From: Minisyncoccota bacterium
GTDB lineage: Bacteria > Patescibacteriota > Minisyncoccia > Phycocordibacterales > UBA2100
Reading direction: 5' to 3'
Assembly: GCA_036517195.1 (NCBI GenBank)
Contig: DATDXU010000005.1
Location: forward strand, 4,975-68,974
DNA: 64,000 bases
Positions 45,200-53,872 of the stretch are shown here, in pieces (within the stretch, counting starts at the first letter, position 1; every line of letters begins with the position of its first letter). Both the position numbers and the translations under genes were made by a program. The notes under the pieces are model-generated. The model saw only the letters and a program-made list of their open reading frames with translations. It searched no databases and was not told the origin of the DNA.

Positions 45200-45574
45200 A
45201 TGACATCGTTTCATGAAAGGAACAATCCCTTATATTTACTTGGGAAACGTCTCCTCCTTCTGTGCATTTTTGGAGCCATACTGCTCATGATTCCGGGAGT
45301 TTGGAAGGTGTATATGCAAGAGAGGGAATCGCGTACCCTTCGGAATGAGGCAGTGGGCGCGCTGTCTGATTTGGAGGCGCGTGAGAAACGTGTGCGGGAA
45401 CAGATTGACACCCTCAATACATCTCGCGGCCTTGAAACAGCGCTTCGTGAGCAGTTTTCGCTCGCCAAAGAGGGCGAGAATTTGATTATTGTTGTCGGCC
45501 GTCCGTCTTCTGAAATACTGTCAGAAAAAACAAAAGGACTGTTGGGGTGGTTTGGAAATTTGGTGGGGTGGTGA
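45200..45574 (+). CDS. Septum formation initiator (FtsB/DivIC)-like protein
   Basis: A TM helix, then a coiled coil (LSDLEAREKRVREQIDTL), then a ...KEGENLIIVVG tail typical of DivIC/FtsB. Confidence 0.4.
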   Translation: MTSFHERNNPLYLLGKRLLLLCIFGAILLMIPGVWKVYMQERESRTLRNEAVGALSDLEAREKRVREQIDTLNTSRGLETALREQFSLAKEGENLIIVVGRPSSEILSEKTKGLLGWFGNLVGW

Positions 45575-45596
45575 TGATGCTATGAAATGTTGAAAA

Positions 45597-45630
45597 AAGA
45601 AAAGCGGCCACTGCGGGTGGCCGCTCGAAA
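45597..45630 (-). terminator. Rho-independent terminator (minus strand)
   Basis: AGCGGCCAC-ccgc-AGTGGCCGCT followed by TTTCTTTTTT on the minus strand. Confidence 0.5.
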
Positions 45631-45646
45631 CGTGTGCGGAAAATAT

Positions 45647-46246
45647 CTACTTGAGTGCGATTTCTCCTTTGCGGAGTGCCTCTCCAAGAGCTTTCGCCAT
45701 GCCGTCCCGCACATGGATGGTATCTTGATAGATGATATCGTCCACCTTGAACTCAAGGTGCACGAGCGCTACGATCACGGTGAGTTTTATATCTTTTTCA
45801 CTGAATCTCTGTAAGGCGACCCTGCTGTTGCATGTTACGGGGGTGACAATCTCACAGGGCGAGACCTCAACGCTCACAATAAGCGAGTTGCTGATGAGCT
45901 GCATGAATTTTTCTTGCGGGTCGGTCGCCATGTCGAAGAGCCATTTCTTGAGTATCTCTCGATTTTCTGCAGAGAGATTTTTCCACTGTCTGCCTCCAGC
46001 GGTGGCGCCGAGCGCGGCGATGTGCTCGAGATAGAGATTCTCTTCGATCATTTTCGTCCAATAGGCAACACGCTTGGCTGTTGGTTGGGCATTGTCGAGC
46101 GCACCATTTGCAAGCGCCCTCACGTAGGAAGTCGCCATTTTGTCTTCTGTAGCTTTTGCTCCAATTGGAGTGAAAAACACGATCAAGAATAAGATTCCGG
46201 TCATCGCGTTCAAGAAGCCGGAACCGAGATTCGCGAGAGTGCGCAT
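45647..46246 (-). CDS. Hypothetical exported protein, possibly an MlaC/Ttg2D-like lipid-binding protein
   Basis: An N-terminal signal/TM helix. The overall helix-beta pattern resembles the Tol-Tol-Ttg2 family, but similarity is weak. Confidence 0.3.
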   Translation of the reverse strand: MRTLANLGSGFLNAMTGILFLIVFFTPIGAKATEDKMATSYVRALANGALDNAQPTAKRVAYWTKMIEENLYLEHIAALGATAGGRQWKNLSAENREILKKWLFDMATDPQEKFMQLISNSLIVSVEVSPCEIVTPVTCNSRVALQRFSEKDIKLTVIVALVHLEFKVDDIIYQDTIHVRDGMAKALGEALRKGEIALK

Positions 46247-46344
46247 GCCTTTTTCTCCTACATCCACAGGTTCAGTTCTAATCTTGATGCAGTATAAACC
46301 AAATTTTATTATTGTCAACTTTTGTGCGGGCACGGAGAATCCCT

Positions 46345-46363
46345 GCCTGCCGGCAGGCAGGGA
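46345..46363. repeat. Palindrome CCTGCCTGCCGGCAGGCAGG (copy 1), next to tRNA-Gly
   Basis: A second copy lies at 55689-55707 next to tRNA-Val. Confidence 0.5.
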
Positions 46364-46376
46364 ACTCATATTTTGA

Positions 46377-46447
46377 TGCGAGTGGGGGGAATCGAACCCC
46401 CATCTAATGCTTGGGAAGCATTCATTCTGCCACTAAACTACACTCGC
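46377..46447 (-). tRNA. tRNA-Gly (anticodon CCC)
   Basis: Minus-strand cloverleaf with acceptor GCGAGTG/CACTCGC, anticodon loop TTCCCAA and T-loop TTCGATT. Confidence 0.8.
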
Positions 46448-46493
46448 TTACATTTGGGAAGTTTACCCCGTAGGAAGTGCGAAGCAATTTCCT

Positions 46494-46528
46494 GCGGGGC
46501 ATTCATTCTGCCACTAAACTATGCCCGC
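46494..46528 (-). pseudogene. Partial copy of the tRNA-Gly 5' half (acceptor, D-arm and anticodon stem)
   Basis: GCGGGCATAGTTTAGTGGCAGAATGAATGC matches tRNA-Gly positions 1-30 with few changes and has no 3' half. Confidence 0.45.
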
Positions 46529-46589
46529 TTTTTGTTCTCGTATTGCAGTATGGTACACTATAGAAAAATTAATTGGTATATACATATAT

Positions 46590-46832
46590 ATGAATCAACA
46601 AAAAGAGGTCATTATATATTCAACTCCCACGTGTCATTTTTGCCACGCGGCGAAGGAATTTTTTAAAGAGAACTCCATTTCTTTTACTGACTACGATGTG
46701 TCAACTGATCTTGAGAAACGAAAAGAAATGATTGAGAAAAGTGGACAGATGGGAGTGCCTGTGATTTATATCGGGGGGGAACTTACCGTTGGTTTTGATG
46801 AGTCGCACATTCGCGGGCTTCTGAATCTTTGA
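46590..46832 (+). CDS. Glutaredoxin (NrdH/Grx-like)
   Basis: The CHFC active site within IYSTPTCHFCHAAKEFF, 80 aa. Confidence 0.65.
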   Translation: MNQQKEVIIYSTPTCHFCHAAKEFFKENSISFTDYDVSTDLEKRKEMIEKSGQMGVPVIYIGGELTVGFDESHIRGLLNL

Positions 46833-46857
46833 CGCTTTTGCTACAGTGAGCTCTGTA

Positions 46858-46929
46858 CCCCTCGTAGCTCAATGGATAGAGCAATCCCGTCCTAAGGGAG
46901 AGATATAGGTTCGATTCCTGTCGAGGGGA
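46858..46929 (+). tRNA. tRNA-Arg (anticodon CCT); unusual C1-G72 first pair
   Basis: Hand fold with acceptor CCCCTCG/CGAGGGG, anticodon loop GTCCTAA and T-loop TTCGATT. The anticodon stem has one A-G mismatch. Confidence 0.55.
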
Positions 46930-46991
46930 GCGAAGCGACACGAGAGCGCAACGCCTGAGCGTTGCGCGTGCAGGAATCGAACGCCGGAGCC

Positions 46992-47015
46992 CTGTCACGC
47001 AAGCTTGCGGGACAG
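46992..47015. repeat. Palindrome CTGTCACGCAAGCTTGCGGGACAG (core CCCGCAAGCTTGCGGG), copy 1
   Basis: The same core occurs at 58074-58093 next to tRNA-Glu. A further palindrome GTCCCGCTTGAGCGGGAC lies at 47036-47053. Confidence 0.45.
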
Positions 47016-47066
47016 CGAGGCGGTGCCCAACCCGAGTCCCGCTTGAGCGGGACGAGAGGTGAGGGG

Positions 47067-47084
47067 GATTCCTGTCGAGGGGAG
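47067..47084 (+). repeat. Duplicate of the tRNA-Arg 3' end (GATTCCTGTCGAGGGGA) about 140 bp downstream of the tRNA
   Basis: It matches 46913-46929, and the intervening 137 bp is GC-rich and full of palindromes. Confidence 0.45.
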
Positions 47085-47165
47085 TGAATTTGAGTTTTAC
47101 ACAGTCACCCATAGACACTGGAATGTCCGTAGTATCATTATGATATTACTAAGTAGCTACATTAT

Positions 47166-47354
47166 ATGGATAAAAAGACGTTCTTTTTGGTTTCTGCGGT
47201 TATTTTTGGGCTCGTAGCGCTTGTGCACCTTGCGCGAGTGTTTTGGGGCTGGGACGCCTCAATCGGAGGTTGGTATGTTCCGACATGGGCTTCATGGCTC
47301 GCGATTCTGGTGGGTGGCTTTATGAGTTGGCACGCATGGCAGTTTAGGGGCTAG
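47166..47354 (+). CDS. Hypothetical small membrane protein
   Basis: 62 aa with two TM helices. A terminator follows. Confidence 0.35.
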   Translation: MDKKTFFLVSAVIFGLVALVHLARVFWGWDASIGGWYVPTWASWLAILVGGFMSWHAWQFRG

Positions 47355-47373
47355 GTTTTGTTTTGTATGCAGA

Positions 47374-47404
47374 AAACGGCCGCCCTCATGGTGGCCGTTT
47401 TCAG
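47374..47404 (+). terminator. Rho-independent terminator
   Basis: AACGGCCGCC-ctcatg-GTGGCCGTT followed by TTCAGG. The stem has one mismatch. Confidence 0.45.
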
Positions 47405-47421
47405 GTGATAGTATTACCAGT

Positions 47422-47703
47422 ATGGAAGACAAGGACATTCAAGATATTTACAAAGTAGTAAGAGATAACAATCGCATGTTGCACGCCATGCGCAGGAATG
47501 CCTTCCTTGGAACCATAGTTAAATTTCTTCTGTACACCGGACTTCTAGTCGTATTGCCTTTCTGGCTCTACTCAACATACTTGGCACCCATCCTTGGAGA
47601 AGTTCTTGGCACATTGGGGCAGGTACAGGGGGTTGGCGCGAACGCACAAAATCAAATTGGCGAGTTGCAGAAACTTCTCCAGCAGTTTACCCTACCGAGG
47701 TAG
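47422..47703 (+). CDS. Hypothetical membrane protein
   Basis: 93 aa with a central TM helix. Confidence 0.35.
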   Translation: MEDKDIQDIYKVVRDNNRMLHAMRRNAFLGTIVKFLLYTGLLVVLPFWLYSTYLAPILGEVLGTLGQVQGVGANAQNQIGELQKLLQQFTLPR

Positions 47704-47708
47704 GGTAC

Positions 47709-47760
47709 AGTTGCCCAGATAGCCAAGGGGCAGGTAGATAGTTAGAGCATGCGATCGGTG
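47709..47760 (+). pseudogene. Degenerate partial copy of the tRNA-Phe 5' part
   Basis: TAGTTGCCCAGATAGC-CAAGGGGCAGGTAGATAGTTAGAGCAT against TAGTTGCCCAGATAGCTCAGGTAGTTAGAGCAT of the intact gene. Confidence 0.4.
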
Positions 47761-47768
47761 GTGTAGTT

Positions 47769-47842
47769 GCCCAGATAGCTCAGGTAGTTAGAGCATTCCC
47801 CTGAAGAGGGAAGGGTGGTCAGTGCAAGTCTGACTCTGGGCA
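47769..47842 (+). tRNA. tRNA-Phe (anticodon GAA); T-loop reads TGCAAGT, with G at position 55
   Basis: Acceptor GCCCAGA/TCTGGGC, D-arm GCTC..GAGC and anticodon loop CTGAAGA. The T-loop is non-canonical. Confidence 0.65.
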
Positions 47843-47855
47843 CAAAGCGAGGTGA

Positions 47856-47890
47856 TGTTGGGAGGTTGCACCTCCCAACATTTATTTATT
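47856..47890. terminator. Bidirectional terminator between tRNA-Phe and the peroxiredoxin gene
   Basis: GTTGGGAGGT-tgca-CCTCCCAAC followed by ATTTATTTATTTT. Confidence 0.55.
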
Positions 47891-48442
47891 TTGTTCTCGT
47901 AGATACGCAAGCATGGTGTTTGCATCGGACACCGAAAAAGGGTCTGTTCCGCAATTATCAGAGAATTCCGGTTCAATAAACATTTTTTCGATTGTTCCAT
48001 CGTTTACAAACATGCTGTAACGCCACGAACGATTCCCAAAACCAAGGTTTTCCTTTTTTACCAACATGCCCATGGCGCGCGTAAATTCAGCATTGCCGTC
48101 GGGTAACATGAATACTTTCTTCATCCCAAGATCCTCTTTCCAATGCTTCATGACGAATGCATCGTTTACAGAAAGACATATAACTTCGTCAATGCCGAGT
48201 TTTTTAAACTCATCGTACGCAGTTTCATATCCGGGAGCATGAGTTGAGGAGCAGGTGGGAGTGAATGCGCCAGGCAAGGCGAACAGGACAATTTTCTTGC
48301 CTCCAAAAATGTCTTTTGTCGTTTTATCTTCCCACCGGTACGGATTATCGCCACCGATCGATTCATCCCGAACGCGCGTTTTAAAAATAACATCCGGCAC
48401 CTTTTTATGTTCAAGTTTGTGAGCCATGTTTTTAGTATACAA
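47882..48442 (-). CDS. Peroxiredoxin (Prx5/AhpC-TSA family)
   Basis: The FTPTCS active site (GAFTPTCSSTHAPGY). Confidence 0.8.
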   Translation of the reverse strand: MYTKNMAHKLEHKKVPDVIFKTRVRDESIGGDNPYRWEDKTTKDIFGGKKIVLFALPGAFTPTCSSTHAPGYETAYDEFKKLGIDEVICLSVNDAFVMKHWKEDLGMKKVFMLPDGNAEFTRAMGMLVKKENLGFGNRSWRYSMFVNDGTIEKMFIEPEFSDNCGTDPFSVSDANTMLAYLREQNK

Positions 48443-48520
48443 AGTAAGACAGTTAGCACTTCTTGACGTGGTTGAATCAGCGTGATATATAAAGTTTGGT
48501 TAACAACGAACAAGGAGACG

Positions 48521-49012
48521 ATGGCCATGAAGAAACGGCTCATGTTGTCGGCAATGCTCATTGTCACTTTGATGGTGATGTCGTCACTTACCTCGGCACA
48601 AGAGGTGGAAGTCAAAATTGGAGAAGAGTTCAAGCTCTCCTTATTTGATGTTCTTACCGCTGGGTATACCTCAATATCACGACCGTTTCAATTTGAAGCT
48701 ACGGGTCGTAAGTATGACATGTCCTGCGATATTCATCTTGATGGTACAGTGAAAGTGGTTGGTTTCTTTGAAGATCCATCACTGCCGCGCAAACGCGCCA
48801 CCGTGGCTCTTATGCAATACATACATCCCGCCGTACGACCCACAAATCGCGAGCCCCTGCTCGGCCATGTCTTCCCGAAATGGTGCTCGGAAAACAAACA
48901 TTTCTACCCGATACACTTCTTGACTTCTCTTGAGGAGTTGGAGCGCATCAAAAAGAGGATTGCAGACGGTAAGACAGTAGACAATGAAATCAAAAAGTTG
49001 CTCACGAAGTAA
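48521..49012 (+). CDS. Hypothetical secreted protein
   Basis: A signal peptide (MAMKKRLMLSAMLIVTLMVMSSLTSAQE) and 163 aa. Confidence 0.4.
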   Translation: MAMKKRLMLSAMLIVTLMVMSSLTSAQEVEVKIGEEFKLSLFDVLTAGYTSISRPFQFEATGRKYDMSCDIHLDGTVKVVGFFEDPSLPRKRATVALMQYIHPAVRPTNREPLLGHVFPKWCSENKHFYPIHFLTSLEELERIKKRIADGKTVDNEIKKLLTK

Positions 49013-49070
49013 TTAGAGTAACAAAGGTTCATCCATGTGCGCTCCGCTAACCACGGGGCGTTTTTCTTTT

Positions 49071-49553
49071 CTACCGACTCCTGACTTTGAGTTTCGTTTG
49101 TTTTGCCTTATTTATTTTTGGAAGACGAATCATGAGAATGCCGTGTTTTTCAGATGCTTCTGCTGAATCCACATCCACTTCTTCGGGCAAGAGAATGGTG
49201 CGCGAGAATGAACCCCAGTAGAGTTCGCGTTGGAAGTAGTTTTCTTCTTCTACCTCTCGCTCGTCTTCGCGCACACCGGAGATGGTGACCATTTCGCGCG
49301 TGAGCGCGATGTCAACTGAGGTTGGCTGAATACCTGCAATAAGAGCTTTTACCACGAGCGCGTCCGGGGTTTGATAAATATCTACCGCAAGTTCTCCACC
49401 ACCGTCTTCAGGCACAGCTACATCTTGTGCCGCGATGTGTGCGTGAGAATGACGCTCTGCGCCCTTGCCCTCAAAGACAATGGGTGTTGTGTCCTCGGTC
49501 TCGTCATCAGACCCGAGTAGGCGAGTGAATAAAGATGGTTTGAGTAGCGACAT
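49071..49553 (-). CDS. Hsp20/alpha-crystallin family small heat shock protein
   Basis: Alpha-crystallin domain pattern AVDIYQT...VVKALIAGI...GILMIRLPK. Confidence 0.8.
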   Translation of the reverse strand: MSLLKPSLFTRLLGSDDETEDTTPIVFEGKGAERHSHAHIAAQDVAVPEDGGGELAVDIYQTPDALVVKALIAGIQPTSVDIALTREMVTISGVREDEREVEEENYFQRELYWGSFSRTILLPEEVDVDSAEASEKHGILMIRLPKINKAKQTKLKVRSR

Positions 49554-49580
49554 GGCGTTTATTTTTTTCGCAGTTTTGGG

Positions 49581-49710
49581 TGTATCCCGTTAGAAATAAG
49601 AAGCTTGCGCTCCTGGCCTGAGAGTTGCACCTTGCTGCTATTCGTTTCTTTTGACATATTTTTTATGTACTACCAGTCAAACTTCTGCGATTTCTAACGG
49701 GATGAATGCG
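49581..49710. repeat. MITE-like element copy E2 (divergent member, inverted repeats TATCCCGTTAGAAAT / ATTTCTAACGGGATGAATG)
   Basis: 14-16 bp terminal inverted repeats share the TCCCGTTAGAA core with E1 and E3. The interior differs. Confidence 0.45.
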
Positions 49711-50394
49711 TTTTACGTATTCAAGCACGGCGAGCAGTACAATGACCCCAATCCATACCAAAGAAAAGGTTCGCAATAGATGCTCTTCCGATACAGTAAG
49801 TATAAGGAAGTTGAAAGTACTGTGCAAAAGCGCGGCGAGGATAACTCCAATCCACGCGAAGTGTATACGTGCCCTTTCCCCCCTGTAGAATGAAAGTGCT
49901 ATGGCGACACCCACGACAGCAGAGGAAAGAACGTGGAGTAACGTGGCGCCCAAGAAGCGCAAGTTGCCCGTCATGACCGTTTCAACGAGGGTATTTCCCG
50001 CAAGTGGACTCAATAAAAAGAGCGTGTTTTCTATTGCCGCAAAACCAAGTGCCACAGTTACCATATAGATAACGGGATCAATCGGTTCATCATCTTCGCG
50101 TCTTCGCAATACAGTGAGTCGCGCTGCGAGATATTTGACAACTTCCTCGATAACAGACCACGCTGTAAAAATTATGACTGTTCCAGTCAAAAATCCCGCG
50201 GCGAATTTTTGGATCGGAATAACAACGGCAACGCTTATCATGCCCGCGAGGAATGCGAGCGCGATCAAGTATCGTGGTTCCGGATGTTCAGAATCTTCGC
50301 GGAGCCAAAACCACAACCAAGCAAGGGCAGGGAAGATGCCGCCCGCAATCGCTATCACGAAAGGAAAAATTTCAGTCATGGAGTAGTAGTCCAT
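49663..50394 (-). CDS. PrsW-family intramembrane metalloprotease (putative)
   Basis: A polytopic membrane protein with EEVVKYL (EExxK), FAAIENTLF (FxxxE) and a HVLSSAV (H) motif. Confidence 0.5.
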   Translation of the reverse strand: MDYYSMTEIFPFVIAIAGGIFPALAWLWFWLREDSEHPEPRYLIALAFLAGMISVAVVIPIQKFAAGFLTGTVIIFTAWSVIEEVVKYLAARLTVLRRREDDEPIDPVIYMVTVALGFAAIENTLFLLSPLAGNTLVETVMTGNLRFLGATLLHVLSSAVVGVAIALSFYRGERARIHFAWIGVILAALLHSTFNFLILTVSEEHLLRTFSLVWIGVIVLLAVLEYVKRIHPVRNRRSLTGST

Positions 50395-52555
50395 CTGGCG
50401 ACCATAAGAAGTTCAGAATCTTTTTTTGGTAATTTTTGCCAAATTGCTTCAGTAACGAATGGCATGAAGGGATGAAGCAGTCGGAGACATGTGATTAGTA
50501 TAGCGTACAGCGCGTGACTTCTTGATGTCGCATCTTCGCCACCGCGTGTGAATATTTTTTTCGATTCTTCTATGAGTTCATCTGCAAATCGATTCCATAT
50601 AAAATGGTATAAGGTGTCGGCAGCGAGGTCTAATCTAAAGTTTTCGATATGTGCTGTTGTGTCGCGTGTGAGTATTTCCACCTCTTCCAATATTTTTTTG
50701 TCTGCCTCTGTCGGCGGGATGTCATTTTTTAGAGTGTCTGCGCTCGTATGTTCAAGAACAAATCTAGCTATATTCCAAATTTTATTCGCAAAGTGTTTGT
50801 ATCCGCGGATTTTTTCTTCCGAGATGGTACTGTCGGTACCGGGTGCCATGCCTGCAATCAGCGACATACGTACCGCGTCCATGCCGTATTTTTCCGCCAT
50901 ATCGAGCGGGTCAATGTTATTACCGAGTGATTTTGAAATCTTGCGTCCCTCCTTGTCCCGCACGAGTCCGTGCAAATACACTTTTTTGAATGGAGTGTGC
51001 CCGAGATGAAATCCACTCATCAAAATCATGCGTGCTACCCAGAAGGGGAGAATGTCGTATCCGGTTTCAAGAATGGCGGTCGGGTGGTATGACCCCAAAT
51101 CTTTTGTTTTTTCTGGCCATCCGAGTGTTGAAAATGTCCACAGACTTGAAGAAAACCACGTGTCCAAGACGTCAGTGTCCTGTATCCACCCACCTCCTTT
51201 TGGGGCTTCAAAACCACAGTGTATTTCCTCTCCTCGGTACCACACGGGGATTCGATGGCCGAACCATATTTGTCTGGAAACGCACCAATCGCGAAGGTTT
51301 TCTATCCAGTGGAGGTATGTTTTTTCAAAATGTTCAGGAGTTATTTTTATTTCTCCGTTTTCTACGACAGCTTTCATCCACTGTTTTAGTGTCAGTGTGC
51401 CTTTCGGCGACTCAAACGGTATATTCACTCCAACGAACCACTGCTTCTTTATCTGTGGTTCAAGTATGCCACCACCCCGATAATTTGTTGCGACATTGTG
51501 TTTGTATTGTTCGTCTATTTTTGTCACGAGCCCCTTCGCCTTCAATTTTTCCACGATGCGAGCGCGTGCTTTCTTAATGTGCTCTCCCGCAAATTCTCCA
51601 GCGATGGGGAGCAAAAGTCCGCGGTCGTCAATGATGCGTTCCATTTCAAGTGTGTGTCGCTGCGCGATTTCAAAATCTATGCCAGAGTGCGCGGGTGTTA
51701 TGGTCATGACGCCGCTTCCAAACGACATATCCGCTGCCTCGTCTTTAATAACAGTCGCGACAACGGGACCGTTAATCCACTCCGCTTCAAATGTCTCTCC
51801 GTGCTTGTGTTTTTTGTATCGCTCATCGCTCGGATGCATCACCACATACTTATCGCCGAATTTTGTTTCTGGACGAACCGTGCTGATTGTAAATGGTCCG
51901 TACTGGAGGTGGTAGAGAGGGTCGGTTTGTTCTACATACTCTATCTCGTCATCGGACACCGTTGTCTGTGATTTTGGGTCCCAGTTGACGATACGCAAAC
52001 CTCGATAGATGAGTCCGGCTTCATACATGCGCACAAACGCTTCCGTGACCGCGCGCGAGCGCTTTTCATCCATTGTGTACGCGTAGCGACTCCAATCCAG
52101 TGACGCCCCCATTTTTTTGATCTGAGTTATGATAGTTGATCTATTTTCCGCAATGAATGTTTCAATGCGCTTCAAGAGGTTTTCTCTTCCGATATCGTGG
52201 CGTGTCTTTTTTTCTGCCTTATATATATCCGCCTCAACCTTCGCTTGTGTTGCAATTGCGGCAGAGTCTGTCCCCGGTATCCAGAGTGTGCGTTTGCCTT
52301 GCATGCGCGCCGCGCGGACGAGGATGTCTTCTATTGCAATCATGAGAGCGCTCCCCATGTGGAGAACCCCCGTTACATTTGGCGGCGGGAGAACTATGGA
52401 AAACGTTTCGGCATCCGGTTTCGTGATGCCTTTTTCAATGCAGACGTCTGGGTTAGCAAAGCCGCCCTTCTCCCACAGTTCCAGCATTTTTTGCTCCTGC
52501 TCTTGAGGGTTATATGGTTTGAGGAATTGCTCGGGAACGTCTCGTTGTAGCTTCA
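50376..52555 (-). CDS. valS: Valine--tRNA ligase (the start at MKLQRD is inferred; the ORF track extends to 52727)
   Basis: PPPNVTGVLHMGSA (HIGH-type) and KISKSLGN (KMSKS). Confidence 0.9.
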
Positions 52556-52600
52556 TTCGGCTTATTTTAGCAGATATGTCGTCTGTGTGCTGTGTGGGGT

Positions 52601-53776
52601 TTAGTACAAACGCAGGTTTCCTTGCGCTCCAAGCGTTTCGGGATTTGGAATATCTTTTTTTAACGCACGAAAATAGCCAGCAAGAGCAATCATAAGCGCG
52701 TTGTCGCCTGAAAACTCTGGCGGACACACAAGAAATGTACGGTGTACGGTTGACAGTTGACCATTCAATTCTTCACGAAGATGTTTGTTGGCAGACACGC
52801 CACCGCCGACAATGAGTGTTTTTGCATCACGCATTTCGAGAGCCCGCATAGTTTTTGCGACGAGGACGTCAGTAATTGCGTTCTCGCACTCAAGTGCGAT
52901 TTCACTTCGCATTTCATCCCCAAGAGGAGCGTGCGCTTCTATGAGTCTTCGGGCGGCGGTCTTGAGGCCGGAGAATGAAAAATCAAACGTATCGTCGCGG
53001 AGCATGGGACGAGGGAGCGCGACTGAGGGTGGGAGGTTTCTATTTCTAGCTATCTCAGCGAGGGTGCTTATTTCAGGTCCTCCGGGGTAGGGGAGTCCCA
53101 ACAGGCGGGCGATTTTATCAAATGCTTCTCCTGCAGCGTCGTCGCGCGTTTGTCCAAGTAATTCATACACTCCAAAGTCGCGCATCAGAAGTAATTCTGT
53201 ATGCCCCCCGGAAACTAAAAGAGCTATTGCTGGAAATTCATACGCACGCATTGTGAATGTGTCTGCGCTCCCTTTTTTCTCGACGAGGGACATGATGATG
53301 TGTCCTTCCATGTGGTTTACGGGGACGAGAGGAAGATTCCACGCCTTCCCCAGCGCGCGCGCAAAATTTATTCCGACCCACAGCGCGGGCTCTAGCCCGG
53401 GGCCGACAGTAACGGCGAGTGCGTCAATATCTGGTTTCGGGTGAGTTTTGAGAAAGGGGAGCAATTGGTCGTACAGCCCTGACTCTCGCGTGAGAAGTTT
53501 TTCCAAGTCATTTTCATGTGTCGATATGTCGGTGGGGTGCGGGGCTGCCATTTCCACTTGTTCTAAAACACTTCGCAGTAAGGGAACCACGTTTTTGCTG
53601 TGCTCTCGTCGTGCGACATTTGGAAATACACCTCCGTACGGGCGGTGGGTCTCTATCTGAGATAGGAGTGCCTGCCCCTCAACTGTGCAAGAAAAGTCGC
53701 TGCCAAATGTGCCGCGCGCTTCTATAAGACATAGGGCAGTTTCGTCGCACGATGTTTCAATGCCGAGGATACGCAT
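52601..53776 (-). CDS. tsaD: tRNA N6-adenosine threonylcarbamoyltransferase TsaD (Kae1/YgjD family)
   Basis: MRILGIETSCDETALCL and the HMEGH metal-binding motif. Confidence 0.85.
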   Translation of the reverse strand: MRILGIETSCDETALCLIEARGTFGSDFSCTVEGQALLSQIETHRPYGGVFPNVARREHSKNVVPLLRSVLEQVEMAAPHPTDISTHENDLEKLLTRESGLYDQLLPFLKTHPKPDIDALAVTVGPGLEPALWVGINFARALGKAWNLPLVPVNHMEGHIIMSLVEKKGSADTFTMRAYEFPAIALLVSGGHTELLLMRDFGVYELLGQTRDDAAGEAFDKIARLLGLPYPGGPEISTLAEIARNRNLPPSVALPRPMLRDDTFDFSFSGLKTAARRLIEAHAPLGDEMRSEIALECENAITDVLVAKTMRALEMRDAKTLIVGGGVSANKHLREELNGQLSTVHRTFLVCPPEFSGDNALMIALAGYFRALKKDIPNPETLGAQGNLRLY

Positions 53777-53872
53777 ATCGCCTTGATACTACACGCGCAC
53801 GTATTCGTTGCAAAGTTGCATGTATGTGGCAAGGTGGTGGAAGCACTATATGGGAAATAGGGAGAAGGCATA

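Noticed and set aside
46322-46666. ORFs encoding SLPAGRQG or LPACRQAG at 46322, at the 46369 N-terminus and at 55344..55721
   Set aside because: The peptide comes from read-through of the CCTGCCTGCCGGCAGGCAGG palindrome. I took the real starts downstream (glutaredoxin at 46590, MlaC-like at 46246).
52556-52727. N-terminal 57-aa extension of the valS ORF, with a similar case of 51 aa on ftsZ
   Set aside because: The extensions overlap the divergent tsaD region or lack conservation. I placed the starts at conserved internal methionines (MKLQRD for valS and MTKQIRP for ftsZ).
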